Source: an uncultured beta proteobacterium
GTDB taxonomy: Bacteria; Pseudomonadota; Gammaproteobacteria; Burkholderiales; Burkholderiaceae_A
Assembly: GCA_902586195.1 (NCBI GenBank)
Contig: CACIGF010000004.1
Location: forward strand, 3,296-67,295
DNA length: 64,000 bases
Direction of reading: 5' to 3'
The translations under genes were made by a program, and so were the position numbers. Below the pieces are notes generated by a model, which did no database searches, was not told where the DNA came from, and was given only the letters and a program-made list of their open reading frames with translations. How positions within the stretch are numbered: the first letter of the stretch is position 1; the number at the start of each line of letters is the position of its first letter. Positions 19,230 to 30,463 of this stretch are shown piece after piece.

Positions 19230-19898
19230 ATGAATAGTGACAATGATCGTAAGTTCCTTGAATTTGTATTATCTAGCAATGTTTTAAGCTTCGGCAAATT
19301 TAAAACTAAGGCGGGAAGAGACTCTCCATATTTTTTCAACACAGGAAAATTCTCCAACGGGAAACTTCTTGCTACGCTGGCTGACTTCTACGCAAAAAAA
19401 ATTATTAACATTATCGACGATGATAACTTGGAAATTGACTGCTTGTATGGCCCAGCCTACAAGGGAATACCACTTGTTAGTGCCATTACTGTCACCTTGA
19501 GTAGTTATCACCTAAACCTTGACATGGCTTACGATAGAAAAGAAGAAAAAACCCACGGTGAGGGAGGGCAAATAGTAGGCGATATAAATGGCAAGAATGT
19601 CTTGATTATTGACGATGTAATTTCGGCGGGACTATCTTCTCGAAGAGCCATTGAATTTATTAGAAAAAAAAATGGTAACGTCTCTGGAATATTAGTTGCT
19701 CTTGATAGAATGGAGAGGGGAGAAAGTAGTAACTCTAAAAACTTCAAAAACACAACTGAAGAGATTATGGCAATAACAGGCGTGCCTGTATTCTCGCTTG
19801 CGAACTTATCCGATCTAAAAAATTGTGGACAAATAGATGATGATTACATAAAACAGATTGATCTTTACATTCAGAAATATGGGTCTTACGTTCAATAA
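19230..19898 (+). CDS. pyrE: orotate phosphoribosyltransferase
   Basis: FGKFKTKAGRDSPYFFN, GPAYKGIPL and the PRPP motif VLIIDDVISAG. I prefer the ATG at 19230 over the 19194 extension. Confidence 0.85.
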   Translation: MNSDNDRKFLEFVLSSNVLSFGKFKTKAGRDSPYFFNTGKFSNGKLLATLADFYAKKIINIIDDDNLEIDCLYGPAYKGIPLVSAITVTLSSYHLNLDMAYDRKEEKTHGEGGQIVGDINGKNVLIIDDVISAGLSSRRAIEFIRKKNGNVSGILVALDRMERGESSNSKNFKNTTEEIMAITGVPVFSLANLSDLKNCGQIDDDYIKQIDLYIQKYGSYVQ

Positions 19899-19899
19899 T

Positions 19900-21396
19900 T
19901 TAAATCTTTCCTATTGCATCAATTATTTTATTTTTGACAGATTGCGCGTTAGCCCTTCCTTTTGAAATCTTCATTACCTGGCCTACAAGAGCATTCAGGG
20001 CTTTCTCCTTTCCAGACTTATATTCAAGAATCATTTTTTCGTTTTTATCCATAACGCCAATTATTAACTCCTCGAGTAGATTATCATCTTCAATTTCGGT
20101 TAAGTTATGTTTTTTTACTAAATCATCGATATTTTCATTTTCACTTTGCCAAAGTAGGTCAAAAAGTTTCGCAGCAGTCTGACTGGATAGTGAGCCAGTT
20201 TCGAGCCGATGCAAAATTTCAGCTAATTCAAATGGTGTGATCTTTGACTGTGTAATATCTAATACTTCCTTATTAAGCTGCGCAAATAACCTCCCGAGCA
20301 TCCACTTAGAAATACCTCCTGCCTTCTTTGCGATTTGCTCTTCCTTCTCACCTTTCCCGACCTGTAACCCAACAAGTGCACAACTCTTATTCAAGGCTTC
20401 ATTAAAAAAATCTAAGTAATTCTTTTTTGATGTAAGGATGTTAGCAGCCTCATCACTTATGCCGAGAGATGCAACTAGATACTCGCGAACCTGAGCAGGC
20501 AGCATCGGCATTTTTTTAGAGACGGAATCGATTAACTCCTTACTGATGATTATTGATGGAATATCTGGATCGGGAAAATAGCGATAATCATCTGAATTTT
20601 CCTTGTTACGCATTTCTTTCGTCTTATTATCAATAGAATCAAAAAGTCTTGTCTGTTGGATTACTTGATCGCCCATTTCTAATAATTCTATTTGCCGAAC
20701 CGCCTCGTAATTAATGGCCTTTTCAAGAAATCTGAAAGAGTTTAGATTTTTAATCTCGCACCGTGTACCTAGAGCTTCAGTCCCTTTTGGTTTAACAGAA
20801 ACATTAGCGTCCATTCGGAATGAACCCTCTTGCATATTTCCGTCGCATATTCCAATCCAAGTAACCAAATTGTGTAAAGACTTAGCATAAGCAACAGCTT
20901 CATTTGCTGATGACATCGACGGCTCGGACACAATTTCCAAAAGCGCGACTCCGGCCCGATTATAGTCTATTCCTGATTTTAAACTCCCAAATCCCTCATG
21001 GACTGATTTTCCTGCATCTTCCTCTAGATGAGCCCTTGTCAACGGTACGGTAAAACTCTTTTTGCTATCCAGAAAGACTTCAAGACTGCCTCCCAAAACG
21101 ATAGGTTTATCTAACTGGCTGATCTGATACCCTTTTGGGAGATCCGGATAAAAATAGTTTTTTCTAGAAAACACTGTCTCTTCAGAAATTTTTCCCTTGA
21201 CCGAAACTCCAAATAAGATAGCTGACTCAATGGCCTTTTTATTTACTACTGGCAAAACCCCAGGTAAGCCGAGATCCACAAAATCAATCTCCGTATTTGC
21301 AGTTTGACCGAATTGCGTTCCGCCTCTAGAAAAGATTTTCGATTTAGTGAGCAACTGCACATGTGTTTCTAAGCCTATTACAATATCCCAGTCCAT
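19900..21396 (-). CDS. gatB: Asp-tRNA(Asn)/Glu-tRNA(Gln) amidotransferase subunit B
   Basis: WDIVIGLETHVQL, NRAGVALLEIVSEP and a C-terminal YqeY-like tail. Lies in the gatC-gatA-gatB order. Confidence 0.95.
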   Translation of the reverse strand: MDWDIVIGLETHVQLLTKSKIFSRGGTQFGQTANTEIDFVDLGLPGVLPVVNKKAIESAILFGVSVKGKISEETVFSRKNYFYPDLPKGYQISQLDKPIVLGGSLEVFLDSKKSFTVPLTRAHLEEDAGKSVHEGFGSLKSGIDYNRAGVALLEIVSEPSMSSANEAVAYAKSLHNLVTWIGICDGNMQEGSFRMDANVSVKPKGTEALGTRCEIKNLNSFRFLEKAINYEAVRQIELLEMGDQVIQQTRLFDSIDNKTKEMRNKENSDDYRYFPDPDIPSIIISKELIDSVSKKMPMLPAQVREYLVASLGISDEAANILTSKKNYLDFFNEALNKSCALVGLQVGKGEKEEQIAKKAGGISKWMLGRLFAQLNKEVLDITQSKITPFELAEILHRLETGSLSSQTAAKLFDLLWQSENENIDDLVKKHNLTEIEDDNLLEELIIGVMDKNEKMILEYKSGKEKALNALVGQVMKISKGRANAQSVKNKIIDAIGKI

Positions 21397-21408
21397 ATTA
21401 TTTATTCC

Positions 21409-22914
21409 TCAAGCTATGTTGGAGGGTTTCATAGTATGCCAGCCGGTTTCAGTTTGAAATATATCTGCTACTTTTAAGAGTCTCTGCTCACTGAAGTGAG
21501 GTCCGATTATTTGCAAACCAATGGGGCGCCTAGCGAACTGACCTCTTCCAAACCCGCATGGAACCGAAATTGCGGGAAGGCCTGCTAGGCTCGCGCCAAC
21601 CGTAAATAAATCTGCCAAATATTCCTTAGGAACACCTTCCGGTGCCTTGAAATTTATTCCGAAATCAGGTTGTGCGTCCAGTTCCCAGGCAAGAACAGGA
21701 GAAGAAGGGGAAAGCAAAAAGTCACAACCTTCAAAAGCCGATTTAAAATCACTGAGCACCAAACGCCTAACTTTAGAAGCTTGATTATAATAGGCATCGT
21801 AATAGCCATGAGATAAAACGAAGGTTCCAACGAGTATCCTCCTTTTGACTTCTTCTCCAAAACCTTCGGACCTAGTATTAAAATAAAGGTCGTCAAGGGT
21901 ATCAGCCCGGGAGTTTCTAAAACCGAACTTAACCCCATCAAATCGTGAGAGATTTGAAGAAGCCTCTGCAGGGGCAATAACGTAATAAGCAGCAACGGAA
22001 TGATTTGCATGCGGGAGAGAGACGTCCTTAACAGTAGCCCCGAGTTTCTCATATGTTTGTATAGATTCTTGAAACGCTAAAGCTACATCTTGTGAATGAA
22101 TTGCTTTAGAGTATTCACTAGGAATCCCCAAAACCATGTCTTCTAGAGGCTTTCTAACAATTTTTTCCTTATTAGTGTTCATTAAGGCGCAATAGTCAAC
22201 TGATTCAGTTCTCTGACTAGTTGAATCTCTCGGATCAAAACCTGCCATAGCATTTAAAATCATCCCACAATCATAGGCAGAATTTGCTATCGGACCTGCT
22301 TGATCCAAACTTGACGCATAGGCAATAATGCCCCAACGAGAGACCAGTCCATATGTAGGCTTTATCCCAGTAACCCCGCACATAGCAGCAGGTTGTCTAA
22401 TGGATCCACCAGTATCCGTGCCGGTTGCGAAAGAGACATGTCCCGCTCCAACAAGAGCTGCTGACCCTCCTGAGGAGCCTCCAGGGATTGCTTTCTTGTC
22501 CCAAGGATTTAAACATGGACCAAAGGCACAATTTTGGTTTGCAGAACCCATTGCAAACTCGTCGCAACTGGATTTGCCGAGACAAACTGCGCCTGATTCG
22601 GCGATTCGTTTCACCACAGTTGCATCAAACGGACTTAGGTAATTCGCTAACATCCTCGATCCGGCTGTTGTCCGCCATTTCTTCGTAACAAAAACATCTT
22701 TGTGAGCGCAGGGAATCCCAAGTAGAGGCTCTGAAATACCAGCATCAATTTTTTTTTGAGCCTCCGTTGCCTGTCTAAAAGACTCCTCCTTATTAACGCA
22801 AAGTACAGCTCCCAGATGATTGGTTTCAAACTTCTGTAAGAGATCCGTCACTAACTCTAATACACCAATTTTTTTGGTTTCAAGAGATTTTCGTAGTAAT
22901 CTAATGTCTTGCAC
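21409..22914 (-). CDS. gatA: Asp-tRNA(Asn)/Glu-tRNA(Gln) amidotransferase subunit A
   Basis: Amidase signature GGSSGGSAALV...TGTDTGGSIRQPAA. Confidence 0.95.
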   Translation of the reverse strand: MQDIRLLRKSLETKKIGVLELVTDLLQKFETNHLGAVLCVNKEESFRQATEAQKKIDAGISEPLLGIPCAHKDVFVTKKWRTTAGSRMLANYLSPFDATVVKRIAESGAVCLGKSSCDEFAMGSANQNCAFGPCLNPWDKKAIPGGSSGGSAALVGAGHVSFATGTDTGGSIRQPAAMCGVTGIKPTYGLVSRWGIIAYASSLDQAGPIANSAYDCGMILNAMAGFDPRDSTSQRTESVDYCALMNTNKEKIVRKPLEDMVLGIPSEYSKAIHSQDVALAFQESIQTYEKLGATVKDVSLPHANHSVAAYYVIAPAEASSNLSRFDGVKFGFRNSRADTLDDLYFNTRSEGFGEEVKRRILVGTFVLSHGYYDAYYNQASKVRRLVLSDFKSAFEGCDFLLSPSSPVLAWELDAQPDFGINFKAPEGVPKEYLADLFTVGASLAGLPAISVPCGFGRGQFARRPIGLQIIGPHFSEQRLLKVADIFQTETGWHTMKPSNIA

Positions 22915-22936
22915 AATAATCTAAAAGCTTTTCAAC

Positions 22937-23230
22937 TTAAGCCTGTTCAATGACTCTCGGCACCAGAAAGTGATTGTTTTTTGACTCAGGCGCGTTTTTT
23001 AGAGCATTGTCCAAGGAGATATTTTCTGGGGAAAGGTCATCATTGCAAAACATGTTCAATGGAACTGGATGTATCATAGAACGGGTGTGTTTAGTGTTTA
23101 CACTTTGCAAGGAGCCAACCCATGACAAGACTGAGGATAAATCTTGACTTAAAGATTCTTGCTCATCTTTGTTGATATTAAGCTTAGACAAAGCAAACAG
23201 TTTTTGTATGTCTCGGTTATGTAATTTCAT
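22937..23230 (-). CDS. gatC: Asp-tRNA(Asn)/Glu-tRNA(Gln) amidotransferase subunit C
   Basis: 97-aa protein directly upstream of gatA, with LSKLNINKDEQE...L..VL.WV typical of GatC. Confidence 0.85.
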   Translation of the reverse strand: MKLHNRDIQKLFALSKLNINKDEQESLSQDLSSVLSWVGSLQSVNTKHTRSMIHPVPLNMFCNDDLSPENISLDNALKNAPESKNNHFLVPRVIEQA

Positions 23231-23265
23231 ATAAAGATAATTTCCTTTGATTTATTTAATTATAA

Positions 23266-24345
<1,080 letters not shown>

Positions 24346-24354
24346 AATATTGCT

Positions 24355-25212
24355 GTGTCTCTATCACAAACTCCGCCGCCACTCTTTAAACAAGGCTCCT
24401 CTCTAACCATAAATTTCGTGATTTGTTTGGCGTTGTCGGTGTCTTTGATCATTCTTGACTTAAATTTAAACTTTATCACCAAAATTAGAAGTGCTTTTTT
24501 TTCGGTTACAAGGCCAGTAATTGAAGTGTTATTATTACCGCGAGATGCTCTTGTTTCTTTTTCCGAACATGCCTCCACGGTTTTATATCTCAATAAAAAA
24601 ATCAATGAACTAGAGGATGATTTAAGAATAAATGCAAAAATAATGTTAAAAATTCAGCAATTAGAAGATGAAAACAAAGAACTCAGAACATTGTTAGGGT
24701 TGCAGGTTAAACTGGAACCCCCTTTTGTGAATGCTGAGATAAGATATGAATTGCCTGACGTTTATACTGACAAAGTTGTCATAAACAAGGGTCAAACTCA
24801 CGATTTAGCCATTGGCTATCCAGTCATAACTGCTCGAGGAATACTGGGCCAGCTAAGCAGAGTATATAACAACTCTGCAGAACTTACATTGGTTTCAGAC
24901 TCGAGTATTTCAGTTCCAGTCTCCTTGCCTGCTTCAGAGGTGGTAGGTATAACAAAGGGCCAGGGTAACCGGGCAACGTTTGAGTTACAGTATGCTGATA
25001 TAAGCGCGAAAATCAAAGTTGGCGATGAAGTTATTACTTCAGGTTTAGGAGATGTATATCCTCCTGGGATATTAGTTGGACACATAATTAGTGTTAGCCC
25101 AGCCGAGGTAGGACAATTTCCTGAAGTAGTGGGTCGAGTTGCATCGAGCGCTGGTTTGCAGCATCAAGTTATGGTTTTGCTTAAAAAGAAAATGGAAGAT
25201 GGAACCGAATAA
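24355..25212 (+). CDS. mreC: rod shape-determining protein MreC
   Basis: N-terminal transmembrane segment, coiled coil (LEDENKELRTLL), and C-terminal beta domains with G.PVIT..G.LGQ and GDVYPPGILVG. GTG start. Confidence 0.85.
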   Translation: MSLSQTPPPLFKQGSSLTINFVICLALSVSLIILDLNLNFITKIRSAFFSVTRPVIEVLLLPRDALVSFSEHASTVLYLNKKINELEDDLRINAKIMLKIQQLEDENKELRTLLGLQVKLEPPFVNAEIRYELPDVYTDKVVINKGQTHDLAIGYPVITARGILGQLSRVYNNSAELTLVSDSSISVPVSLPASEVVGITKGQGNRATFELQYADISAKIKVGDEVITSGLGDVYPPGILVGHIISVSPAEVGQFPEVVGRVASSAGLQHQVMVLLKKKMEDGTE

Positions 25213-25732
25213 CTTATTGCGTAGAAAGCCTACCGCAAAAATCTTTTATATTTCTATCTGCATTGCGTTTTTTGGAAACCTTATTCCTACGACAAAATTT
25301 TTCCCATGGCCTGATTTTTTAGCAGTCATTTTCGTTTTCTGGAATATCTATACACCAGGAAAGGTTAACCTGTTTTTTGCCTGGTTTATGGGCATAATTA
25401 TGGATGTTTATACAGGAGCGTTTTTGGGGCAACACGCGCTTCTTTATTCTATCCTTTGCTTTACTACGAATGTATTTCAAAGAAGATTAAGCTGGTATAC
25501 ATTGACAAACCAATCTATCAATCTATTGCCGATTTTTTCCTTTGCTCTTTTCATTGATGCGATAGTTCGTTATGCCGCTGACGGTACTACAGCGCCATGG
25601 TGGTTTGTTTTTAGGCCAGTTTTGGAGTCTATCACCGCTTTTTTTGTAGGGTGGGTAATGTTGAAAATGATTAACAGACGTTCTGGTTCAGCACTAACTG
25701 CTCGTCCCTCTAGCTCAAGAATAAAAATATGA
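25199..25732 (+). CDS. mreD: rod shape-determining protein MreD
   Basis: Small polytopic membrane protein following mreC. The ATG at 25199 overlaps the mreC end; the ORF-track start at 25139 would overlap mreC by 74 nt. Confidence 0.75.
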   Translation: MEPNNLLRRKPTAKIFYISICIAFFGNLIPTTKFFPWPDFLAVIFVFWNIYTPGKVNLFFAWFMGIIMDVYTGAFLGQHALLYSILCFTTNVFQRRLSWYTLTNQSINLLPIFSFALFIDAIVRYAADGTTAPWWFVFRPVLESITAFFVGWVMLKMINRRSGSALTARPSSSRIKI

Positions 25733-27555
25733 TTTTCTCTCGCGAAAATCAAAAAGTTTTTCGAGTGAGAGCAAGTTCCCTAGCATTAGTTGTCTCGATA
25801 GTGCTGGCATTTTTGTTATTAAGGCTCGCCTGGCTTCAAATTATAGAGCATGAAAAACATTCTTCCAAGGCTGAGGATAACCGGGTTATCCTTCTTCCCC
25901 AACAAGCTCCTCGAGGCATGATTTTTGACAGAAATTTAACAGTTATGGCGAGAAACGACGCGGGTTTTTACCTCGAATTGCAACCATCAAAAATTGAAGG
26001 TTTTCAAAAAACTATTAAAAAACTTAGGGAAGTTATTGAAATAACAAAGAACGATGTTAGAAAATTTAAACGGCTTCAAAAGGAGGTTCGATCATACGAC
26101 GGCCTACCGTTACGGGGCCCACTTAGCAACATTGAAGTTGCAAAATTAGTCACCCGAATCCAAAATTTACCCGGGGTTGAAGTCAGGCCCCGGCTAATAA
26201 GGAGTTATCCTTTAGGAGTGAGTTCTTCTCATGTGTTGGGCCACATCGGTAGGATTTCTGAGGAAGACTTATTACGACAAAAAAAACAAAATAATTCTAA
26301 GCAATATAGAGGCTTTACCCATATTGGCAAGCTTGGTGTAGAAGAGAGCTACGAAAATCTTCTTCGTGGAAAAATAGGATACCAGCATGTTGAAGTTACA
26401 GCTGGGGGGAAGATGATCAGAGAACTGAACAATAGTCTTCCCGTACCAGGAAAAAGTATTGCTCTAACGATTGATGCTAAATTGCAGAAGCTCGTCGAGA
26501 ACAGCTTTGGGAAGAGGAAAGGAGGATTAGTTGCCATTGAGCCGTCAACGGGTGAAATTCTTGCTTTCGTTTCAATGCCTAATTTTGACCCTAATGCATT
26601 TATTGATGGGATTGATCAAAAAATTTGGGAAGAACTAAATACATCACCGGATAAACCTCTTCTTAACAGACCGCTTAAAGGGTTATACCCCCCTGGCTCA
26701 ACTTACAAACCGTTTATGGCGCTAGCAGCACTATCATCGGGAGCCAAAGATCCTACTGAGCTTATAAATGATCCTGGCTATTTTGTATTAGGAAACCACA
26801 AATTCAGGGATAGCTCTCAAGGGGGTCATGGTCAAGTGGACATGAAAAAATCTATAGTAGTTTCAAGCGATACCTACTATTACAAGCTTGCCATAGGAAT
26901 GGGCGTTGATTTAATTCATGAGTACATATCTCCTTTTGGATTTGGAAAAAAGACTGGCGTAGATCTTACCGGAGAGGCGAGAGGAATATTACCCTCCTCC
27001 TCATGGAAATTACAAAGACACGGAACACAGTGGTTACAGGGAGAAACCCCATCAATAGGCATAGGACAGGGATACAATACTTTCACAATTCTACAAATGG
27101 CTAAAGCCACTTCGATTATAGCGAACCGTGGAGTAGTGATTAAACCCAGACTTCTCAAAGGTAGCCGTGAATTCAATAATAGTGAATTCAGCTATAGTGA
27201 ACCTTTCGCACAAGGCAAATTAAATATTGAACAAGAGTGGTTTAGCCTTGTAATTGATGCAATGGTCGAAGTTAATAAATCAGGTACAGCATCGTCAGTA
27301 TTCGGAACCTCTACCTTTCCCATTGCCGGAAAAACGGGAACAGCTCAGGTTTTTACAATCAAGCAAGACGAAGAATATGATTCTGAAAAAGTCCCCGAGA
27401 GGTTAAAAGACCATAGCCTGTATATTGGATTCGCGCCAGTGGATAAACCTAAAATTGCGTTAGCTGTAGTAGTGGAGAATGGTGGATTTGGGGTCACTAC
27501 TGCTACCCCTATAGCAAAATTAGTATTTGACTATTACCTAGCGAAAAAACGCTAA
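25729..27555 (+). CDS. mrdA: penicillin-binding protein 2 (elongasome transpeptidase)
   Basis: N-terminal transmembrane anchor, PRG.I.DRN, active-site STYKP, SSD (SxN equivalent) and KTGTAQ motifs. ATGA overlap with mreD. Confidence 0.9.
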   Translation: MIFSRENQKVFRVRASSLALVVSIVLAFLLLRLAWLQIIEHEKHSSKAEDNRVILLPQQAPRGMIFDRNLTVMARNDAGFYLELQPSKIEGFQKTIKKLREVIEITKNDVRKFKRLQKEVRSYDGLPLRGPLSNIEVAKLVTRIQNLPGVEVRPRLIRSYPLGVSSSHVLGHIGRISEEDLLRQKKQNNSKQYRGFTHIGKLGVEESYENLLRGKIGYQHVEVTAGGKMIRELNNSLPVPGKSIALTIDAKLQKLVENSFGKRKGGLVAIEPSTGEILAFVSMPNFDPNAFIDGIDQKIWEELNTSPDKPLLNRPLKGLYPPGSTYKPFMALAALSSGAKDPTELINDPGYFVLGNHKFRDSSQGGHGQVDMKKSIVVSSDTYYYKLAIGMGVDLIHEYISPFGFGKKTGVDLTGEARGILPSSSWKLQRHGTQWLQGETPSIGIGQGYNTFTILQMAKATSIIANRGVVIKPRLLKGSREFNNSEFSYSEPFAQGKLNIEQEWFSLVIDAMVEVNKSGTASSVFGTSTFPIAGKTGTAQVFTIKQDEEYDSEKVPERLKDHSLYIGFAPVDKPKIALAVVVENGGFGVTTATPIAKLVFDYYLAKKR

Positions 27556-27629
27556 TAAACCTTGGAGTAAAGAAAATTACAATAGTACCAAAACCAGTAA
27601 GTTTCATTTTTAAAAACCTGGATAGACCG

Positions 27630-28733
27630 TTGTCAATTATGATTTTGGGCGTCTCAATTATAAGTTGTTTTGCCGTATATAGTTCTAGCCACGACGAAAT
27701 TATACGTTTTTACCAACACTTAAGAAATATACTGATCGCGGGCTTACTGATAATTTTTTTGAGTCACGTTCCTTCCGTAATAATTGAAAAGTTCGCAATT
27801 CCTGCTTACATTACGACTATTTTGCTTTTATTAGCCACTGAGTTTTTTGGGGAAACTGTGAATGGCGCCACAAGGTGGATAAATTTAGGTTTTATTACTG
27901 GGCAGCCATCTGAAATATTAAAAATTTCGCTACCATTGCTGCTCGCGTGGTTTGTACAAAAATCAGAAGGATTAAATTCTAAACGTGATTGGGCATTCGT
28001 TTTATTATTATTTTTGCTTCCGTTGATCATGGTTTTACGGCAGCCAGATCTAGGAACAGCAATTTTATTATTTATTTCAGGAACCATTCTTCTCTTTTTT
28101 GCGGGTTTGCCATGGAGAATCATTGTAATTGGGCTTACGCTTTTTGTATTTTTTTTGTTAACTTTATTCATTTTCGGCGATAAATTTTGTGCTGAGAATA
28201 TTGCCTGGCCGGGGCTTCGGGAATATCAAAAATTACGAATATGCACCCTTTTGGACCCTATGAGAGATCCGCTCGGAGCAGGTTTTCACACATTACAATC
28301 AATAACAGCAGTAGGTTCTGGAGGAATCCTTGGCAAGGGTTGGTTACAGGGAACTCAGACTCAACTAGCTTTCATACCTGAGCGATCAACTGATTTTGTT
28401 TTTTCTGGATATGCTGAAGAATTTGGATTTTTTGGTTCCCTCCTTTTAATACTGCTTTATGCAGGAATCACGCTTAGGGGTTTGTGGATATCCATCGGGG
28501 CGCCAACAGATTTTGCCCGACTTTTAGGAGGAACATTGTCCATGATGACTTTTACGTACGCTTGTGTAAATATCGGCATGGTCACAGGCGTTTTACCCGT
28601 CGTGGGAGTACCTTTGCCATGGATGTCATATGGTGGAACTGCCTTAATTACGCTTGGTATCGGAGTTGGACTATTAATGAGTATCGGAAAAGATAGGTCT
28701 GAGACAACCCAAGGATTTTCATTACAAACATGA
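27630..28733 (+). CDS. rodA: peptidoglycan glycosyltransferase RodA (SEDS family)
   Basis: RWINLGFITGQPSEILKI, QPDLGTA, DPLGAGFH..QS..A.GSGG..GKG and PVVGVPLPWMSYGG. The ORF-track start is a TTG at 27630, but the conserved N-terminal sequence continues upstream (see finding). The true start may be the ATT at 27576. Confidence 0.9.
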   Translation: MSIMILGVSIISCFAVYSSSHDEIIRFYQHLRNILIAGLLIIFLSHVPSVIIEKFAIPAYITTILLLLATEFFGETVNGATRWINLGFITGQPSEILKISLPLLLAWFVQKSEGLNSKRDWAFVLLLFLLPLIMVLRQPDLGTAILLFISGTILLFFAGLPWRIIVIGLTLFVFFLLTLFIFGDKFCAENIAWPGLREYQKLRICTLLDPMRDPLGAGFHTLQSITAVGSGGILGKGWLQGTQTQLAFIPERSTDFVFSGYAEEFGFFGSLLLILLYAGITLRGLWISIGAPTDFARLLGGTLSMMTFTYACVNIGMVTGVLPVVGVPLPWMSYGGTALITLGIGVGLLMSIGKDRSETTQGFSLQT

Positions 28734-30463
28734 TGACAAGTTCAGCTAAATCTGTTGCTAAAATTATCCTGGAAGGTTTTGATAAACACTACTTAGCTTT
28801 TAGAACGAATTCTCAACGCGCTAAAAGTAAATTTGAAAATTCGGAATATTCTGGAATAAGAGAGTTACTGAGCGAGCGAATCAGTTTTTACGACTTTCGA
28901 GTAAAGGAAACGTCTAGTGTTCTAGATATCAAATATGGGAAGGAAATAAAGGAGAACTTGTTTTGGCCTGAAGTAAAAAAAGCATACATCATGTTGTTAA
29001 CAGAACATAAACAACCTGAATTGGCAGAGTCTTTTTTCAATTCGATTGCAACACAGGTTTTGGATAGAATTTATTTTCAAAATCATGATTATCTATTTGT
29101 CAGACCCTCAATATCTACTGAGTATCTTGACTCAAAACCCTCATCATATCGAGTTTATTATCCTAGATCTCTTGGGTTGCGAATGACCATTAAAACTATT
29201 ACAAGAGATGTGGAGCTTAAAGGAACCTGGGAAAATATCGGAAGAGATATAAAACTACTTATTAGAAAAACTATCAGCATCTTGCAAGGGATTCAACCCA
29301 CTAAAGACTTTCAAATTCATGTTATGCGCTCATTATTTTTTCGAAACAAGGGAGCCTATATAATCGGTAGAATAGTTTCAGATGGTGACCCAACCGGATT
29401 TGCAATTCCTATATTAAAAAACAAAAATGAGGAGTTATTTTTAGATACCATTGTTTTCCGGCAAGAAAATCTAGGAGTTTTATTTTCGTTTTCCAGGGCT
29501 TATTTCATGGCTGATATGGAGGTTCCTTCAGCATATGTAAAATTTTTAAAAACTATCATGCCGTCTAAACCAACTAGTGAATTGTACACTATGCTGGGCT
29601 TACAAAAACAAGGTAAAACTCTGTTCTATAGAGACCTTTTACATCATCTGAACAACTCAAGTGACAAATTTGTGTTGGCAGAAGGAATAAAGGGGTTGGT
29701 AATGTTGGTGTTCAACTTACCTTCGTTTCCCTATGTCTTCAAAATTATTAAAGATAAAAGACAAAAAGATGTTTCGAGGGAACATATTTTGAATAGGTAC
29801 CAACTAGTAAAACATCATGACAGGGTGGGTAGATTAGCAGACACCTGGGAGTATTCTAACGTCGATTTTCCATCCGACAGATTTGATAATGAATTGCTTA
29901 AAGAGTTAAAGTCTCATGCGAGTAATATGTTTGAACAAATTGATGATCATGTGATTATAAAACATGTATATATCGAAAGAAGAATGATCCCGTTAAACGT
30001 TTTTATCGAAAAAGCAAATGAAGAAAAAGTAGACAAAGCAATATTTGAGTATGGTAACGCGATCAAGCAATTAATGAGCGCGAATATTTTTCCCGGCGAT
30101 CTACTTTACAAAAATTTTGGCCTTACAAAGAATGGCCGGGTGGTTTTTTATGATTACGATGAAATTCAATACATTACTGAATGTGTTTTTAGATCAGTTC
30201 CTCCTGCTAACAACCCAGAAGATGAGCTAAGGGGTGAACCATGGTATTCCATAGGACCTAATGATGTTTTCCCTGAGGAATTCGAGACCTTTCTCCTCAG
30301 CAATCAAAAAATAAGAAAACCTTTTTTAAAGTATCACTCCGAATTGCTAAATCCAAATTATTGGAAAATGCAGCAAGAAAAAATAAAAAGCGGATTTTTC
30401 GAGGATGTCTTCCCCTACTCTGAAGAAGAGCGGTTTACTCCAGGAAAATTAATTGATGACTGA
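28730..30463 (+). CDS. aceK: isocitrate dehydrogenase kinase/phosphatase
   Basis: 577 aa. The N-terminal AKIILEGFDKHYLAFR pattern, the central kinase-like region and C-terminal ...PWYSIGPNDVFPEEF are characteristic of AceK. ATGA overlap with the rodA stop. Confidence 0.85.
   Translation: MMTSSAKSVAKIILEGFDKHYLAFRTNSQRAKSKFENSEYSGIRELLSERISFYDFRVKETSSVLDIKYGKEIKENLFWPEVKKAYIMLLTEHKQPELAESFFNSIATQVLDRIYFQNHDYLFVRPSISTEYLDSKPSSYRVYYPRSLGLRMTIKTITRDVELKGTWENIGRDIKLLIRKTISILQGIQPTKDFQIHVMRSLFFRNKGAYIIGRIVSDGDPTGFAIPILKNKNEELFLDTIVFRQENLGVLFSFSRAYFMADMEVPSAYVKFLKTIMPSKPTSELYTMLGLQKQGKTLFYRDLLHHLNNSSDKFVLAEGIKGLVMLVFNLPSFPYVFKIIKDKRQKDVSREHILNRYQLVKHHDRVGRLADTWEYSNVDFPSDRFDNELLKELKSHASNMFEQIDDHVIIKHVYIERRMIPLNVFIEKANEEKVDKAIFEYGNAIKQLMSANIFPGDLLYKNFGLTKNGRVVFYDYDEIQYITECVFRSVPPANNPEDELRGEPWYSIGPNDVFPEEFETFLLSNQKIRKPFLKYHSELLNPNYWKMQQEKIKSGFFEDVFPYSEEERFTPGKLIDD

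Noticed and set aside
21654-22688. Several 60-132 codon ORFs antisense to, or out of frame within, gatA (21654-22052, 22328-22642, 22397-22585, 22425-22688).
   Set aside because: They lie entirely inside a strongly supported, motif-rich gatA frame, in its locally G+C-richer part where stop codons are rarer. Their translations are low-complexity and Pro/Arg/Ser-rich, with no motifs.
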